64,000 bases of DNA. Origin: Acidobacteriota bacterium (GTDB lineage Bacteria; Acidobacteriota; UBA6911). The DNA is taken from contig DATJPG010000010.1 in the NCBI GenBank assembly GCA_035506515.1, positions 7,423 through 71,422 of the forward strand, given 5' to 3'. A model generated the notes under the pieces. That model had not been told where the DNA came from and ran no database searches. It saw nothing but the letters and a program-made list of their open reading frames with translations. The translations under genes were made by a program, and so were the position numbers. Shown in pieces: positions 10,030-20,527 of this stretch (position 1 is its first letter; each line of letters opens with the position of its first letter).

Positions 10030-12201
10030 CTAATTTGGCTTTCTCTTCACAGAATTGACGTCAACTCCCTGGCTCTCGTTTCCCTGGCGGTCAACGCTTG
10101 TTACGCGATAATACGGGGTTTTCCAGGGATCTGCGAGCCAGTCAAGATACTTTGTTGTTCCAACGGGCAACGACGCGATTCGGAATCTCTGATTTGTGGC
10201 AGGCGCGCCTGCAGTTGAATAGTAGATGTTATAGTATCGGATCTTTCCGGCATTTGGAGGCTCGCGCCAAGTCAATTTATAATGGCCGGCAACCCGGGAC
10301 GATTCGATGGTGAGATTTAACGGCGAAGGTGGCGGTGTCTTCCAGAAGTTCTTGAAGCCCCGCGGTTGCACAATAACCGACGTTAGCAATCCAGTCGGAT
10401 CCAGGCTGCACTTTAGGATTTCGGACAGTTCCCTGGATTCAAGCCGCGAATGCTCCTCTGAGGTAACAGCATAATAATAGGTCTGTCCGTTTTTGACCGT
10501 CGCATCTTTGAAAAATGCGGCCAAGGAAACAGTGGGTGTTATTTCAGACCAATCGCTGTCTCCGGTATCGGAGCGCCATACGTGATAGCCCTTAATTTCC
10601 CTGGCGGCGGGGACTGGATCGTTCTCCGTTGGCCAGCCTCGAGATGTATAGGAAGGAAATTTCCAGACCAATTTGATTGCTGCCCCCGCTTTTTCCGCAC
10701 TTAAGTTCTTTGGAGGATAAGGGTAATACGCCACGGCCCAACAGATATATGGATGGTTATCCCCGTGATTATTTAGCCATAGCGCCTGAAATGCGACCTT
10801 TGTTCCATCAGGAGACTGGCTTGGCCTGGGATATCCATTATAGTTGCCGGAATACCCTGGATAATGAAGGCTGACAATCGGGTAGCGGGATGTTTCGTCA
10901 GACGTGTAAAGGTTGCCGTATATATAATCCACCAGCGGATTCACCATTACGACATGGTCTGTCCAGCCGTTCCAGGAATGATGCTGCCCATCGTAGATCC
11001 CCTTCATCATATAATTGGGCAGAAGGGTGTGTGTCCGGGAGTCCCAGAGACGTGTTCCTGCGGCTGATTGTGGATCCGTATATGTTCCTATTACAGCATA
11101 TCGTCCCCATCTATCGAATGCAGGATGGCCAAAATATGGCATGCCGTAAGGATTTGGCGGGCCTTCATCAGATCCGGAACTTTCCACCCTGATTTCGCCA
11201 AATGACTTTCCATCCCAGTCGCTCCAGATAGGTCCGCCGTCAGCCGCGTGCCCGGTCCGATCCATGGTAACAAATAGTGATGATTGGCCCGCATAGTCTC
11301 CCATAATCCACTTTGGATCGGGGCCTGGGGCCCAAACGTCATGCCAGTGCTCCTCTGCTAGAGGGATGTGGTCGGCATAGGGATCTTTCGCGGGACCAAT
11401 GCCCCGGGCAATGCCCCAATGGTATTTTAGGGAAGGTTTTAACCCCAGACGGATGAAATACATCTCAGTGGTTAATATCGGATTCGGGGTTTTAGCGTCA
11501 TGCGGGGAAAAGTCTCTGGCTACGATCCACCCGTCATCGCCACTGACCCCCTCTTTGACTGGCTCTTTGCACTCCATATTTGTGCTGGCGGTATCCAAGA
11601 CTTGAATGCCACTCACACGATTCAAAGCATCCAGAGTGTTTTTATATAGGATATAGCATTTAGATTCGGATACATCGCCTGTGCCGGACCCGAAACTGTA
11701 ATATGCGTTTTCTGTATGAGCCCAGCCAAATCCGTCCAGCGGAATGGTGCGCCGACCATAGCCTTCGCAGACCCTCAGCCCGCTGCCATCCGTGTTTGTA
11801 ACCCACCGGTATCGATAGTCGGACACGATAGCAGGGTTGCGTGTGGTTCGAGCGATGTCGAAAAACCCGATTCGCGATCCGTCGTAGGACCAAATGTTCG
11901 AACCGTGTTCTTTCGAATAGTAATCAGAATTATCGGGCGCTTTAACCAGGATCCAAACTTCTCGCCCGGTTGATTGATCGGTATAGCAGAGTGTCTCCGG
12001 CTGCCACGTATAATGATTGGACGCATCCTCCAGGTACTGTGGTCCCCAATTGGCAGAACCCAGACGACTCTTGCGGCTGACCATTTCATCCAGCATTTCA
12101 ATCGCGGCCCCTTGAGAAGAAATTCGGGCCGCATTAATTCCAAGAATAATAGCGACTGCGACTAATAGAAGGCGTTTCCGCGTCCAATGAATGTTTGCCA
12201 T
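10030..12201 (-). CDS. Secreted protein with a large N-terminal domain of unknown function (possible beta-propeller, glycan-degrading) and two C-terminal fibronectin type III-like domains
   Basis: Signal-anchor MANIHWTRKRLLLVAVAIILGINAA. The C-terminus has W..Y.Y.V FN3 signatures (GYHVWRSDTG...YYYAVTSEE and KIRYYNIYY...YYRVTSVD). Confidence 0.5.
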   Translation of the reverse strand: MANIHWTRKRLLLVAVAIILGINAARISSQGAAIEMLDEMVSRKSRLGSANWGPQYLEDASNHYTWQPETLCYTDQSTGREVWILVKAPDNSDYYSKEHGSNIWSYDGSRIGFFDIARTTRNPAIVSDYRYRWVTNTDGSGLRVCEGYGRRTIPLDGFGWAHTENAYYSFGSGTGDVSESKCYILYKNTLDALNRVSGIQVLDTASTNMECKEPVKEGVSGDDGWIVARDFSPHDAKTPNPILTTEMYFIRLGLKPSLKYHWGIARGIGPAKDPYADHIPLAEEHWHDVWAPGPDPKWIMGDYAGQSSLFVTMDRTGHAADGGPIWSDWDGKSFGEIRVESSGSDEGPPNPYGMPYFGHPAFDRWGRYAVIGTYTDPQSAAGTRLWDSRTHTLLPNYMMKGIYDGQHHSWNGWTDHVVMVNPLVDYIYGNLYTSDETSRYPIVSLHYPGYSGNYNGYPRPSQSPDGTKVAFQALWLNNHGDNHPYICWAVAYYPYPPKNLSAEKAGAAIKLVWKFPSYTSRGWPTENDPVPAAREIKGYHVWRSDTGDSDWSEITPTVSLAAFFKDATVKNGQTYYYAVTSEEHSRLESRELSEILKCSLDPTGLLTSVIVQPRGFKNFWKTPPPSPLNLTIESSRVAGHYKLTWREPPNAGKIRYYNIYYSTAGAPATNQRFRIASLPVGTTKYLDWLADPWKTPYYRVTSVDRQGNESQGVDVNSVKRKPN

Positions 12202-12344
12202 AGTTGTTCCAAGATCCTTGGCCGATACCTATTGCGGTGCTTTCACGTGGATCTGCCGGCAGAGAGCTCAACGGTGCGGCTTTGCATGTCAATGAAAATC
12301 GCGGAATCTCTGCCGGTGTTATCGTGTGAAATATTGCCGATGAA

Positions 12345-13820
12345 TTATTGAAACTGCTCTTTAGATTTGCCAATCTCGGAAAACACAAACCTGAACTTGC
12401 CGGTCGGTGTTTTTGTCAGCGCAGATACCTTTTCAAAGTCGAGGACTACGCCCGAAGGCAGTAGCGGCCTGAAACGCTGACGGATGGAGTCTTTTTGCAT
12501 GGGAGATATGCTCACCAGAGTGCGCAATGCCAGACGATCCGGATGCGTCTGAACGAATTGGTATTCTTGCAGAGAAAGATCTTTCAACATATGGATGAAC
12601 ACTTCTCCGGCGGTTTTTGTGCCATCCCCAAATGTGAATATCTCCGTTGTCCTGCCTATTAGGTTCTTTATGCGCGGCAAACCCCGTCCGCATTTGCAGG
12701 TTCCCGGCGTGCCGGGAATCCCAAGATCCCCGATTTCATAGCGAAGAAAGGGCATTGTGTAATTATTTAGATTCGTTAGTACCAATTGTTTTGCATTGGA
12801 GGAATATGGATCGGGACAATGGGCGAATTCGATGTAATTGTTGAGGGAAACCTCATGCAATTCCGATGAGGCATTGCATTGAATCGCTGTCAGGCTAAAT
12901 TCACGTCCCCCATAGGAGTTATAGGACCGAACCTTGAACACGTCCTCTATGTATGACTGCGTTCTGGAATCAACCGCCTCGGCACAAAGAATCACGGCTT
13001 TTAATGCCTTGAACTCCACATGCTCCCGTTCAACATAGGAGGCAAGCTCTTTGACGGCCGAGACATACCCCCTCAAGATTTTCGGCCGTATCGCGGTGCA
13101 CCATTTCAGGAAGTTGCGTATACGATCTTCGCTTAAATTAAAGGCGTTGATGGCGATTTCTCCGAACTTCAAGAGATCTCTCAATCGCTCCGGGAACGTG
13201 AAGTCTGCTTTGACGTCGCGCACGGCTCCCCACAAAATTGCAGAGGTATCTCCGGGCCTGCAACCCGCCATGTAATACCAACCCCAAAGTCGGGCTGCAT
13301 CTGCGGAATTCAGATAGCGTCGGTCTTGGAAAAACTGCAAAGGTTCTCCTGTAGAGCCACCGGTTGCATTTGCCACCCGGTCCGCTGAGCAGGCGTTATC
13401 TGCAATCATTTGATCTGAATGTTCCCTGATGAGTGCCTTGGTTAATGCCGGCAGTCGCGAATATAGATCGAGGGACGTTATATCTTCGGGGTGTGCCCCG
13501 ATCCGCTTAAATAAGTTTGTATAATAGGGAACATGAGAATATGCATGGCCCAATAACGACCGGATCTTCCTAAATTGCGCTTCACGGATCTGTTCGGTAC
13601 TCCAATATTGAGTTGCAAGAATCTGCTCCAGATCCGGTTTTACATCCCGCAAAGAGAGTGTTTGATATATCCGCGATGCAAACAAGCGTTTACCTCGATA
13701 TCCTGAATTCTTCGAGATCCATGTTCCCCGGTACACGGCCCAAGCTATCGGAATCATGGTCGAATCCGTCTTCAGATAGGGACTTTGAAAATGTGAGAGC
13801 GAGAACAGCGAATGCGGCAA
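12345..13820 (-). CDS. Adenylate-forming enzyme of the PaaK/CapK (phenylacetate-CoA ligase / F390 synthetase-like) family
   Basis: AMP-binding-like motif ATGGSTGEPLQF plus the overall PaaK-family architecture. Homologues are common in capsule/EPS loci. Confidence 0.7.
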   Translation of the reverse strand: MPHSLFSLSHFQSPYLKTDSTMIPIAWAVYRGTWISKNSGYRGKRLFASRIYQTLSLRDVKPDLEQILATQYWSTEQIREAQFRKIRSLLGHAYSHVPYYTNLFKRIGAHPEDITSLDLYSRLPALTKALIREHSDQMIADNACSADRVANATGGSTGEPLQFFQDRRYLNSADAARLWGWYYMAGCRPGDTSAILWGAVRDVKADFTFPERLRDLLKFGEIAINAFNLSEDRIRNFLKWCTAIRPKILRGYVSAVKELASYVEREHVEFKALKAVILCAEAVDSRTQSYIEDVFKVRSYNSYGGREFSLTAIQCNASSELHEVSLNNYIEFAHCPDPYSSNAKQLVLTNLNNYTMPFLRYEIGDLGIPGTPGTCKCGRGLPRIKNLIGRTTEIFTFGDGTKTAGEVFIHMLKDLSLQEYQFVQTHPDRLALRTLVSISPMQKDSIRQRFRPLLPSGVVLDFEKVSALTKTPTGKFRFVFSEIGKSKEQFQ

Positions 13821-15135
13821 TCCAGAGCCAATTATATCGAGTCATGTTATGTCCAAAAATACCCTCGAATAGGAGAAGTAAAACAGAATTCCGGCAAGCG
13901 GAGGCTAAAAGACTGAGACCGGATGAATCTGAACCAGACAGTCTGCGACAGGTTGCTTTGATGACATTGGAATTGTACAGAATTGCCAGGATGAGCAGCA
14001 GAAAAGCCCCTGCACCGAGAATTCCCGTTTCTCCCAATATCTGTCCAACCAAATTGTGAGGGTTTAAACTGACTCCATCAATATGCGCTACTCGGTAATC
14101 TATGAAATTTCCGAGGCCTACTCCGGAAATAGGGAAACGCTTGAATATGGCGATCCCGGCTTTCAATCCTTCAATTCTTCCTTGGGCGGATATTTCTGCA
14201 TTTGTGGGGCCCGATTCAGGATCCCATACCGTCCTTAATCGGTCTCGGTTTGATTCGGGCATGACCACCCAAATCAGAGTCAGAAAGAGCATGCCTGAAA
14301 TCGGAAGCAATATTTTTGACTTAAGCCCGCGCCCACTTAATGCTGTCATCAGAACGAACAAGGCCATGGCCAGCATGCCGCTTCTGCTATTGGTCAGGAT
14401 GGTGGAACTGATCGCTAAAACGAGATATCCCAGGAGAAGATTCCTGTATAAGCGGCGATGTTTCGATACATTAAACCAAAGGGCATCGTGCCTGGTCTTC
14501 CAGAGATAAAACCAGAATGGCATAGAGGCTACAATCGACATAGCCAGCGCATTGGGCCCCCCAAATGATTCCTCGATTCCCACCATGCGCATCACACCCA
14601 TGTCATATCGGTGCTGACCATTCAAGAAAAATTCCCACTGAGCTTTTGAGAGATAGAGAAACATGCTGCCTATGTAAGAGGCGAGAATGAATTGGAGGTC
14701 ACGATAGGAGCGAATGCTCATCATCAAAAGGAAATAGCACACGACCTGAGTAAGGTATTCGTAGAAAGGAGGCCAGGAAGTTGAGAAACTGATCCCCAAA
14801 AGGCCCGACAATGCCAGGGCGATGACAAACATAAAGATAGTGATGGATTGCAGGGAAACGCCAGGCATCTTTGTTTTCCGACTGAAAACCGCAACCAGGA
14901 TTGCAGCAATCGCATAAATCAGCTCAAAGTGAATCGGAGCCAATCGGGGGAATAGTTGTTCCCATGGCCGGATGACAAACAACCCCAAGTAGCCCGCTAC
15001 CATCCAGAGAGGCAATGAATCGGGTAGCCGGGTTTCTGATTTGGATGATGGATCTCCCGATACACCGATGTCGGAGGCTTCAGGGAAGACGTCGCTATTG
15101 CCTGCGGCTTGTACCATTGGATATTTCAGGGACAC
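13690..15135 (-). CDS. O-antigen ligase / Wzy-like polysaccharide polymerase (membrane)
   Basis: About 10 TM segments; Wzy_C-like loop NSRSGMLAMALF...PHNLVGQILGETGILG. Confidence 0.7.
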   Translation of the reverse strand: MSLKYPMVQAAGNSDVFPEASDIGVSGDPSSKSETRLPDSLPLWMVAGYLGLFVIRPWEQLFPRLAPIHFELIYAIAAILVAVFSRKTKMPGVSLQSITIFMFVIALALSGLLGISFSTSWPPFYEYLTQVVCYFLLMMSIRSYRDLQFILASYIGSMFLYLSKAQWEFFLNGQHRYDMGVMRMVGIEESFGGPNALAMSIVASMPFWFYLWKTRHDALWFNVSKHRRLYRNLLLGYLVLAISSTILTNSRSGMLAMALFVLMTALSGRGLKSKILLPISGMLFLTLIWVVMPESNRDRLRTVWDPESGPTNAEISAQGRIEGLKAGIAIFKRFPISGVGLGNFIDYRVAHIDGVSLNPHNLVGQILGETGILGAGAFLLLILAILYNSNVIKATCRRLSGSDSSGLSLLASACRNSVLLLLFEGIFGHNMTRYNWLWIAAFAVLALTFSKSLSEDGFDHDSDSLGRVPGNMDLEEFRISR

Positions 15136-15176
15136 AGTTTCGATGATTTCATGATCTGCAACTACGTTGCTGCGGA

Positions 15177-16700
15177 TTAGCGCACAAATGACAGTCGCTG
15201 CCTCATCAGAGAAAATATCCGCGTAATTCCTTCACGGCCCCAGCGTATTTCCTCAGGTCGATAAAAGTTGAAAGCGAAAAGGATAAAGGGAAATAGCATT
15301 GCGATGGCACCCCGGATGATAAGCGTCAGGTATTGTGAATTCAGGCGGATCGTTTGTCCGAAGAGATAAAGAATAAGAGCGAGAACGAGCATTGAAAATA
15401 TCCTGCGAATTTCAAATGGAATCCGGAATAATTTCTGGCTGATATAATAAATAATGACCAGACGTACACAGAACCCGGCTGCATTGGATGCGGCCGCTGC
15501 TATCAATCCGAATCTTGGTATTAACAGGTAGTTCCATAAAAGGATGACCGCTAGGGCGACTACGCTAAGCATTGCATCCCTGGAAGTTTTTCTCTTTTGA
15601 AGCAAACCGGCCTTGAAATGTGTTTCCAGACCCAAGAAAACGTAAGCGATTGCAACAAGCGGAACGACGATGTGCGCGTTTTGGTACTGAGTGTCTGAAA
15701 AGAGGGCTATCAGGCTTTCGGCGGAATTGGCTAGTATAAGAGAAAAAAATATGGAAAGCATGGCTGCATAGGTTGCGATTCTTCCAACGACCTCACGGTC
15801 GCCGCGTGAATCCCTCACAATTAGTTCTAAACGCCTCGGAGACCAGAATGAATTCAGGGGTCCATTCACAAACCGGTTTACCAGCACGCCGAATTTATGT
15901 CCCAATGCGAATAAGCCTACAAGCGTAAGAGCTTCCGCCGGAGTAAAACCGCTGTTCCACCGAAGGAAGAAACGATTGGAAGAAAATCCTAGCAGCAAGG
16001 CTATTTGCGGGAAGACGAGGGGAAACCCGAAGGCAACCATACGCCGCAAAACCTTCATGGAAAAATGGCATCCAATGCGCCTTAATATAATGACAGCCAG
16101 AACCAATCCCATTAATCCCTGGGTGATGAGTTGTGAAAGAAAGAAACCAAGGATGTCGTAGCCAAGAAATACAATAAAGAGTATGTTCAGCAAAACGGCG
16201 ATTATCAGGGTAATTCCAGAAACGACCAGAAAGAGCCGGGATTGATAAGTCATTCGTAGATAGGTCGATATGGTTTCTGAAATCGTATAGGACCACGCTG
16301 AGAGTATTGCCAACTGAAGACATCGTTTGACTCCACCATCTGCCAGAATAGCCGCAGAGATTGGGCCTGAAACCGCCAGGAAGGAAAATACCAACGGGAT
16401 GCCGATGACAGAGAGTCCTAATAACGCGGTACTGACAACGCGGTCTTTATCCGCTTGTTCCTTCATTTCATAATAGGAGCGAGGCAAAGCCTCGACGACT
16501 CCCATTGCCACGAAGATTGCGATCGCGGATGACAGGATCTCGATCATCTCCATGCCGCCATAGCTCTTCGGGGCGAGGTAGTGCGTATAGATCGGGATCA
16601 TTAGAAATCCCACGGCGCGACTCATCGCGGCACTGATGAAATATATGGACGAATGCCGCCCCATGGATCCGAGTTCTTCACGGATGGAATCTTCTGCCAT
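15177..16700 (-). CDS. Polysaccharide flippase (Wzx, MOP superfamily)
   Basis: 507 aa, 12–14 predicted TM helices, typical PST-family N-terminus. Confidence 0.75.
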   Translation of the reverse strand: MAEDSIREELGSMGRHSSIYFISAAMSRAVGFLMIPIYTHYLAPKSYGGMEMIEILSSAIAIFVAMGVVEALPRSYYEMKEQADKDRVVSTALLGLSVIGIPLVFSFLAVSGPISAAILADGGVKRCLQLAILSAWSYTISETISTYLRMTYQSRLFLVVSGITLIIAVLLNILFIVFLGYDILGFFLSQLITQGLMGLVLAVIILRRIGCHFSMKVLRRMVAFGFPLVFPQIALLLGFSSNRFFLRWNSGFTPAEALTLVGLFALGHKFGVLVNRFVNGPLNSFWSPRRLELIVRDSRGDREVVGRIATYAAMLSIFFSLILANSAESLIALFSDTQYQNAHIVVPLVAIAYVFLGLETHFKAGLLQKRKTSRDAMLSVVALAVILLWNYLLIPRFGLIAAAASNAAGFCVRLVIIYYISQKLFRIPFEIRRIFSMLVLALILYLFGQTIRLNSQYLTLIIRGAIAMLFPFILFAFNFYRPEEIRWGREGITRIFSLMRQRLSFVR

Positions 16701-16708
16701 ATCTGTGT

Positions 16709-17341
16709 CTACTTTTCTGTATCCGGTTTGCTCGAAATATTCTCTGATCCGGGATTTTCCTGACCCCGGTATTTTTTTATTACTGCGGGATTACCAACCG
16801 CTATGGCGTAGTCGGGCACATTTTTTGTGACCACAGCGCCGGCGCCGATAATGGCATGTTTGCCGATGGTGACGCCGGGCAGAATGGTGACGCGATGGCC
16901 TATCCACGCAAAATCATCGATGACAACGTCTTCCCCTTCAAACCCTTCATACCTCTGCGCATCCAGATATCGATGATTCTGGCAAATAACGATGCATTGC
17001 TTCCCCATCATCACGTGCTGGCCTATGATGATCCGAGCGGCGTTTCCGCTGAACAGCGCATCGTCCCCGATGTTTGCGTGATCCTTCATGATCAAATTGG
17101 CACCGTTGTCAAAGTCCACTCTCTTTCCTACTGAAATGACCCTGGCGGATTCGAGCAAAAGGGGACGCACCAAGACTGTCCGAAGCCTGGCAGCGAAGCG
17201 GCCGATAAATCCGAGCTGATCTTTAGAGGGCAAATGTTTGGCGATCAATAGGTAGCAGGAATAGCAGAATATCTTCTTCGGATTCCAATGCTGCCTGTAC
17301 CCGACCCTGTCATTTCGCATTTCCAGACCTTGCTGGGCCAT
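16709..17341 (-). CDS. Hexapeptide-repeat (LbH) O-acetyltransferase
   Basis: Left-handed beta-helix hexapeptide repeats ILPGVTIGKHAIIGAGAVVTKNVPDYAIAVGNPA. Confidence 0.8.
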   Translation of the reverse strand: MAQQGLEMRNDRVGYRQHWNPKKIFCYSCYLLIAKHLPSKDQLGFIGRFAARLRTVLVRPLLLESARVISVGKRVDFDNGANLIMKDHANIGDDALFSGNAARIIIGQHVMMGKQCIVICQNHRYLDAQRYEGFEGEDVVIDDFAWIGHRVTILPGVTIGKHAIIGAGAVVTKNVPDYAIAVGNPAVIKKYRGQENPGSENISSKPDTEK

Positions 17342-17386
17342 CGATGTTCCTCTTAGATTGAGAGACCCATTCGCCAGTAGAACATA

Positions 17387-18631
17387 TCAAAGCCTCAATC
17401 GTGAGACCGGGGCCGTGGCTTCGGCGGATTCTAACCCGCTGTGAGCCGACATACTGTGCACCGGATCCAGCAGTGCATTGTAGAGGGCCTGATAATTCGC
17501 AGAAAGCCGTGCGATTGTCCAGTTGCGCTCGGCTTTCTCGCGAGCGCGTGTCCCCATCTCAAGGGCTTGCTCTGGCGCACGGAGAAGGGAAGCGACTGCC
17601 TCCGATATGGCTTCCGGGTTCTCGGGCTCTATGATGAGTCCTTCCGCTCCATCCTGAATAATCCTCTCGGCATCGCCGACTCGTGTCGCAACAATCGGTT
17701 TTGCCGAAGCCATATATTCAATTAAGACATTTGAAAAGCTCTCTGATATTGAGCATTGGACGGCAATATCGAATGCAGCCATCGCCTCGGCAATTTCGAT
17801 TGCCTTGTCTAAGAAACAAATTCGCTCGCTTATCCTGTGCCGCCGGGCTCGTTCCAACAACTCCTGCTTCTGAGGCCCTCTTCCCACGATGACAAAACAC
17901 GCTGATGGGAATTCTCGCAAGAGTATTTGAGCCGCATCCAGAAAATGGATCAAACCCTTGATGGGCCTTAGATTTGCCACAACTCCAATAACCGGGTATC
18001 TGTTGCCCAGTTCCAGCATTTCTTTCGCTCGATTTGTGGGAACCCGGCCAAACCGGCTGAGATCTACTCCATTTTCGATGAGATGAATCCGGTTTCGGGA
18101 GATATTCTCCTGTTGAACGCATTTTTCGACGACGGCAATTGAATTTGCGACTACGGCGTCTGCCCAGCGAGCCACAATTTTGTTGAAATGAAAGGCCAGG
18201 CGGTTTGCTGACCTCAGGTGATATGCATTGCGCCTGGTGGCAATCAGAATTGGCCGAAGTTTAGAAAATCGGACTGCAATTGCCCCAAGAATTCCCGAAT
18301 CGACCAGGTTTGTTTGAACGATTGCGATCTCTTCTTCCTCTATAAACTTCCGCAAGCGGAGTAGAAGTGTCAGATTCTTCAGGCCCACAAGTCCGCTGCG
18401 GTCAAAATTAACGATCGGGGTGTCTAATTTCAGATCTGACTGAAAGAGTGTCGGCTGGAGCACCCCGATGATAGGAGCAAATGCAGTTTCCCGCAGGCTC
18501 TCTGCCAGCAGAATAAGCTGTTTTTCCGTCCCTGCAGGCTGCAGTTCGTCGATCAGGTAAAGAATTTTGTTGATTTGAGCAGGCAAGGAATTGATCTCGA
18601 AAAGTTGATCAGTCGAGTAACTTTCCGCCAA
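17387..18631 (-). CDS. Glycosyltransferase family 1 (GT4)
   Basis: C-terminal GT-B motifs SISESFSNVLIEYMASAKPIVATRVGDAERIIQDGAEGLII. Confidence 0.8.
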   Translation of the reverse strand: MAESYSTDQLFEINSLPAQINKILYLIDELQPAGTEKQLILLAESLRETAFAPIIGVLQPTLFQSDLKLDTPIVNFDRSGLVGLKNLTLLLRLRKFIEEEEIAIVQTNLVDSGILGAIAVRFSKLRPILIATRRNAYHLRSANRLAFHFNKIVARWADAVVANSIAVVEKCVQQENISRNRIHLIENGVDLSRFGRVPTNRAKEMLELGNRYPVIGVVANLRPIKGLIHFLDAAQILLREFPSACFVIVGRGPQKQELLERARRHRISERICFLDKAIEIAEAMAAFDIAVQCSISESFSNVLIEYMASAKPIVATRVGDAERIIQDGAEGLIIEPENPEAISEAVASLLRAPEQALEMGTRAREKAERNWTIARLSANYQALYNALLDPVHSMSAHSGLESAEATAPVSRLRL

Positions 18632-19676
18632 TCTTGGTTTTTGCGGAAAGGACTCCGCTTTTTGAGCGGAAAATTGTTTGCAGGAATCCCCAACCTAAAC
18701 CCATATGCGTAATGCAGATCGCCAGCGCCACAGGGAAGGCCATAAAAACGCGCCGTTGTTTCAGCGTTTGCAAAGAGGCTGCGCCGAGCAGCAATAATGC
18801 ATATGCTGCGGTCCCGGCCACGAAGAATAGCCGCAGCACACGAGGCGTGAAGGGCAGCAGCAGTGCCGAGAGGGTCAGGGCGATAAAAACAAGAATGAGC
18901 GAAGGGATGGACGTTTCCTTTGTCCAAGAGGCCGGGTGCTTGATGACGAGTTTGGCGCGGCCGGTGCCATATCGCGTCTGTTGATAAAATAAACCGTAAA
19001 AGGTCGAGCGCGGATACGAGTAAATCATAAGATCCGGTGAGGTATATGCGGAGATGCCCGCTACCTTCAGCCGATAGTGAAATTCCACATCTTCCGCGGC
19101 ATCAAAAGATTCGTCAAAATATCCAACTTTATCAAAGACGGATCTATCGTAAGCAAATCCGCTGCTCATCGGATCGATGAATCCCTCATGATCGCTGTAT
19201 ATATAAGAGTTGCGGCTGTGGCCTAACCAGTTCTTTCTGGCCATCGCAATCCAGTAAGCAATCCCTGTGCTGATTTCAGGCACATCGAGTGGCGCCGGGC
19301 GTGCGAGGCAGTAGGCCTGCTGCTTCTCTCGGAGTCCTTCAATGTTGGCAAAGAGCATGCCATTAGGTATATGCACATGGCCATCGATTATCGCAATCAT
19401 CTGGCCTTTGGCCACTCGGAGTCCGATATTTCTTCCACGGCTGGACCAGAGTCCTGGATTTTCCAGCAGGCGAATGTTGATACCGGGATGCGCGTGTATG
19501 AAGTCCTCAACCGCCTTGCATGTCCGGTCCTCTGACTTGCCGTCTACTATAATAATCTCGAAGCGCTCGGGGGGGTAGGTTTGCCGAACCAGCATGTCCA
19601 GTGTTTGCGCAATGAATTTTTCCTCGTTGCGGACCGGCAATATAACACTTAGGTAAATCAAGATCCCTTCCAGCAA
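18609..19676 (-). CDS. Glycosyltransferase family 2 (GT2)
   Basis: N-terminal GT-A fold: ILPVRNEE, IIVDGKSEDRT, DGHVH; C-terminal TM helices. Confidence 0.8.
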   Translation of the reverse strand: MLEGILIYLSVILPVRNEEKFIAQTLDMLVRQTYPPERFEIIIVDGKSEDRTCKAVEDFIHAHPGINIRLLENPGLWSSRGRNIGLRVAKGQMIAIIDGHVHIPNGMLFANIEGLREKQQAYCLARPAPLDVPEISTGIAYWIAMARKNWLGHSRNSYIYSDHEGFIDPMSSGFAYDRSVFDKVGYFDESFDAAEDVEFHYRLKVAGISAYTSPDLMIYSYPRSTFYGLFYQQTRYGTGRAKLVIKHPASWTKETSIPSLILVFIALTLSALLLPFTPRVLRLFFVAGTAAYALLLLGAASLQTLKQRRVFMAFPVALAICITHMGLGWGFLQTIFRSKSGVLSAKTKIGGKLLD

Positions 19677-19687
19677 AATGGCAATCG

Positions 19688-20527
19688 TTAGAGAGAGCTT
19701 CTGTAAAAATCGCGGCCGGTCCTCTGGCTTTCCAGAGGAGTGCCCAATAGTTTTGCCTTCATCAGGTCATAGGTTCCCATGCCAAGAACCCGCCTGGCTG
19801 CATAGAGGACTAAATAGCGGCATCGAATACCCGCCAGCGTTCCGGATTTGGCGGCGATGATACGGCGGATGTAATCCTCCGAATGCGCAGTCTGGATATG
19901 ATTTCGGCGTAGCAGAAGGAGTCCCATCTGCCGGACGACCGTGCGCCCGGGTATCATCGTGGCAAAGGCTTTATATCCCGCTCTGTTTGCAAAGACCGTC
20001 ATCCAATTGCGAAAGTGCCCTCCCACGGGAGCAAACGACGTGACCTCGGTTCCCAGCAGATCTTCTAATGCATTTTTGGATTGCTCTATTTCCTTAGTGG
20101 CTTCTGAAGCGGGCAGCGTGACAAGATAGCCATGCGTGCGTCCATGACTTCCTATCTCCATCCCTGATTGAATCATTTCACGCAGCTGAGATTGTGAGCA
20201 ATAGCCCTTCTTCCCAATGGTATCGGAATTCACAAAAAATGTTGCCCGAAATCCCCGCTTCACCAGAGCCGGAAGCACCAGTTCATAATCCGAGACGAGC
20301 CCATCATCAAAGGTCAAGATGCGCCAGTCCCCACCGACTATTTTGTGGAACTCGCAGACCGTGCAAGTCTGGGACGGTTTAAGAAGAGAGAGTGTCAGGA
20401 CAAGCTTTGTTTCATCGACAGCATATCGCTGGGCAGCGAAATGGATGCTGCTGTTCCGGGCGGCAACCCGAGCGCTGGTGTTTTCTTTTGTGATCCCGTG
20501 AAATGTGATCGCGAGGGCAGAAGTCAA
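19688..20527 (-). CDS. Polysaccharide deacetylase (NodB family)
   Basis: LTFDDGLVSDY and GSHGRTHGYL motifs. Confidence 0.75.
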   Translation of the reverse strand: MTSALAITFHGITKENTSARVAARNSSIHFAAQRYAVDETKLVLTLSLLKPSQTCTVCEFHKIVGGDWRILTFDDGLVSDYELVLPALVKRGFRATFFVNSDTIGKKGYCSQSQLREMIQSGMEIGSHGRTHGYLVTLPASEATKEIEQSKNALEDLLGTEVTSFAPVGGHFRNWMTVFANRAGYKAFATMIPGRTVVRQMGLLLLRRNHIQTAHSEDYIRRIIAAKSGTLAGIRCRYLVLYAARRVLGMGTYDLMKAKLLGTPLESQRTGRDFYRSSL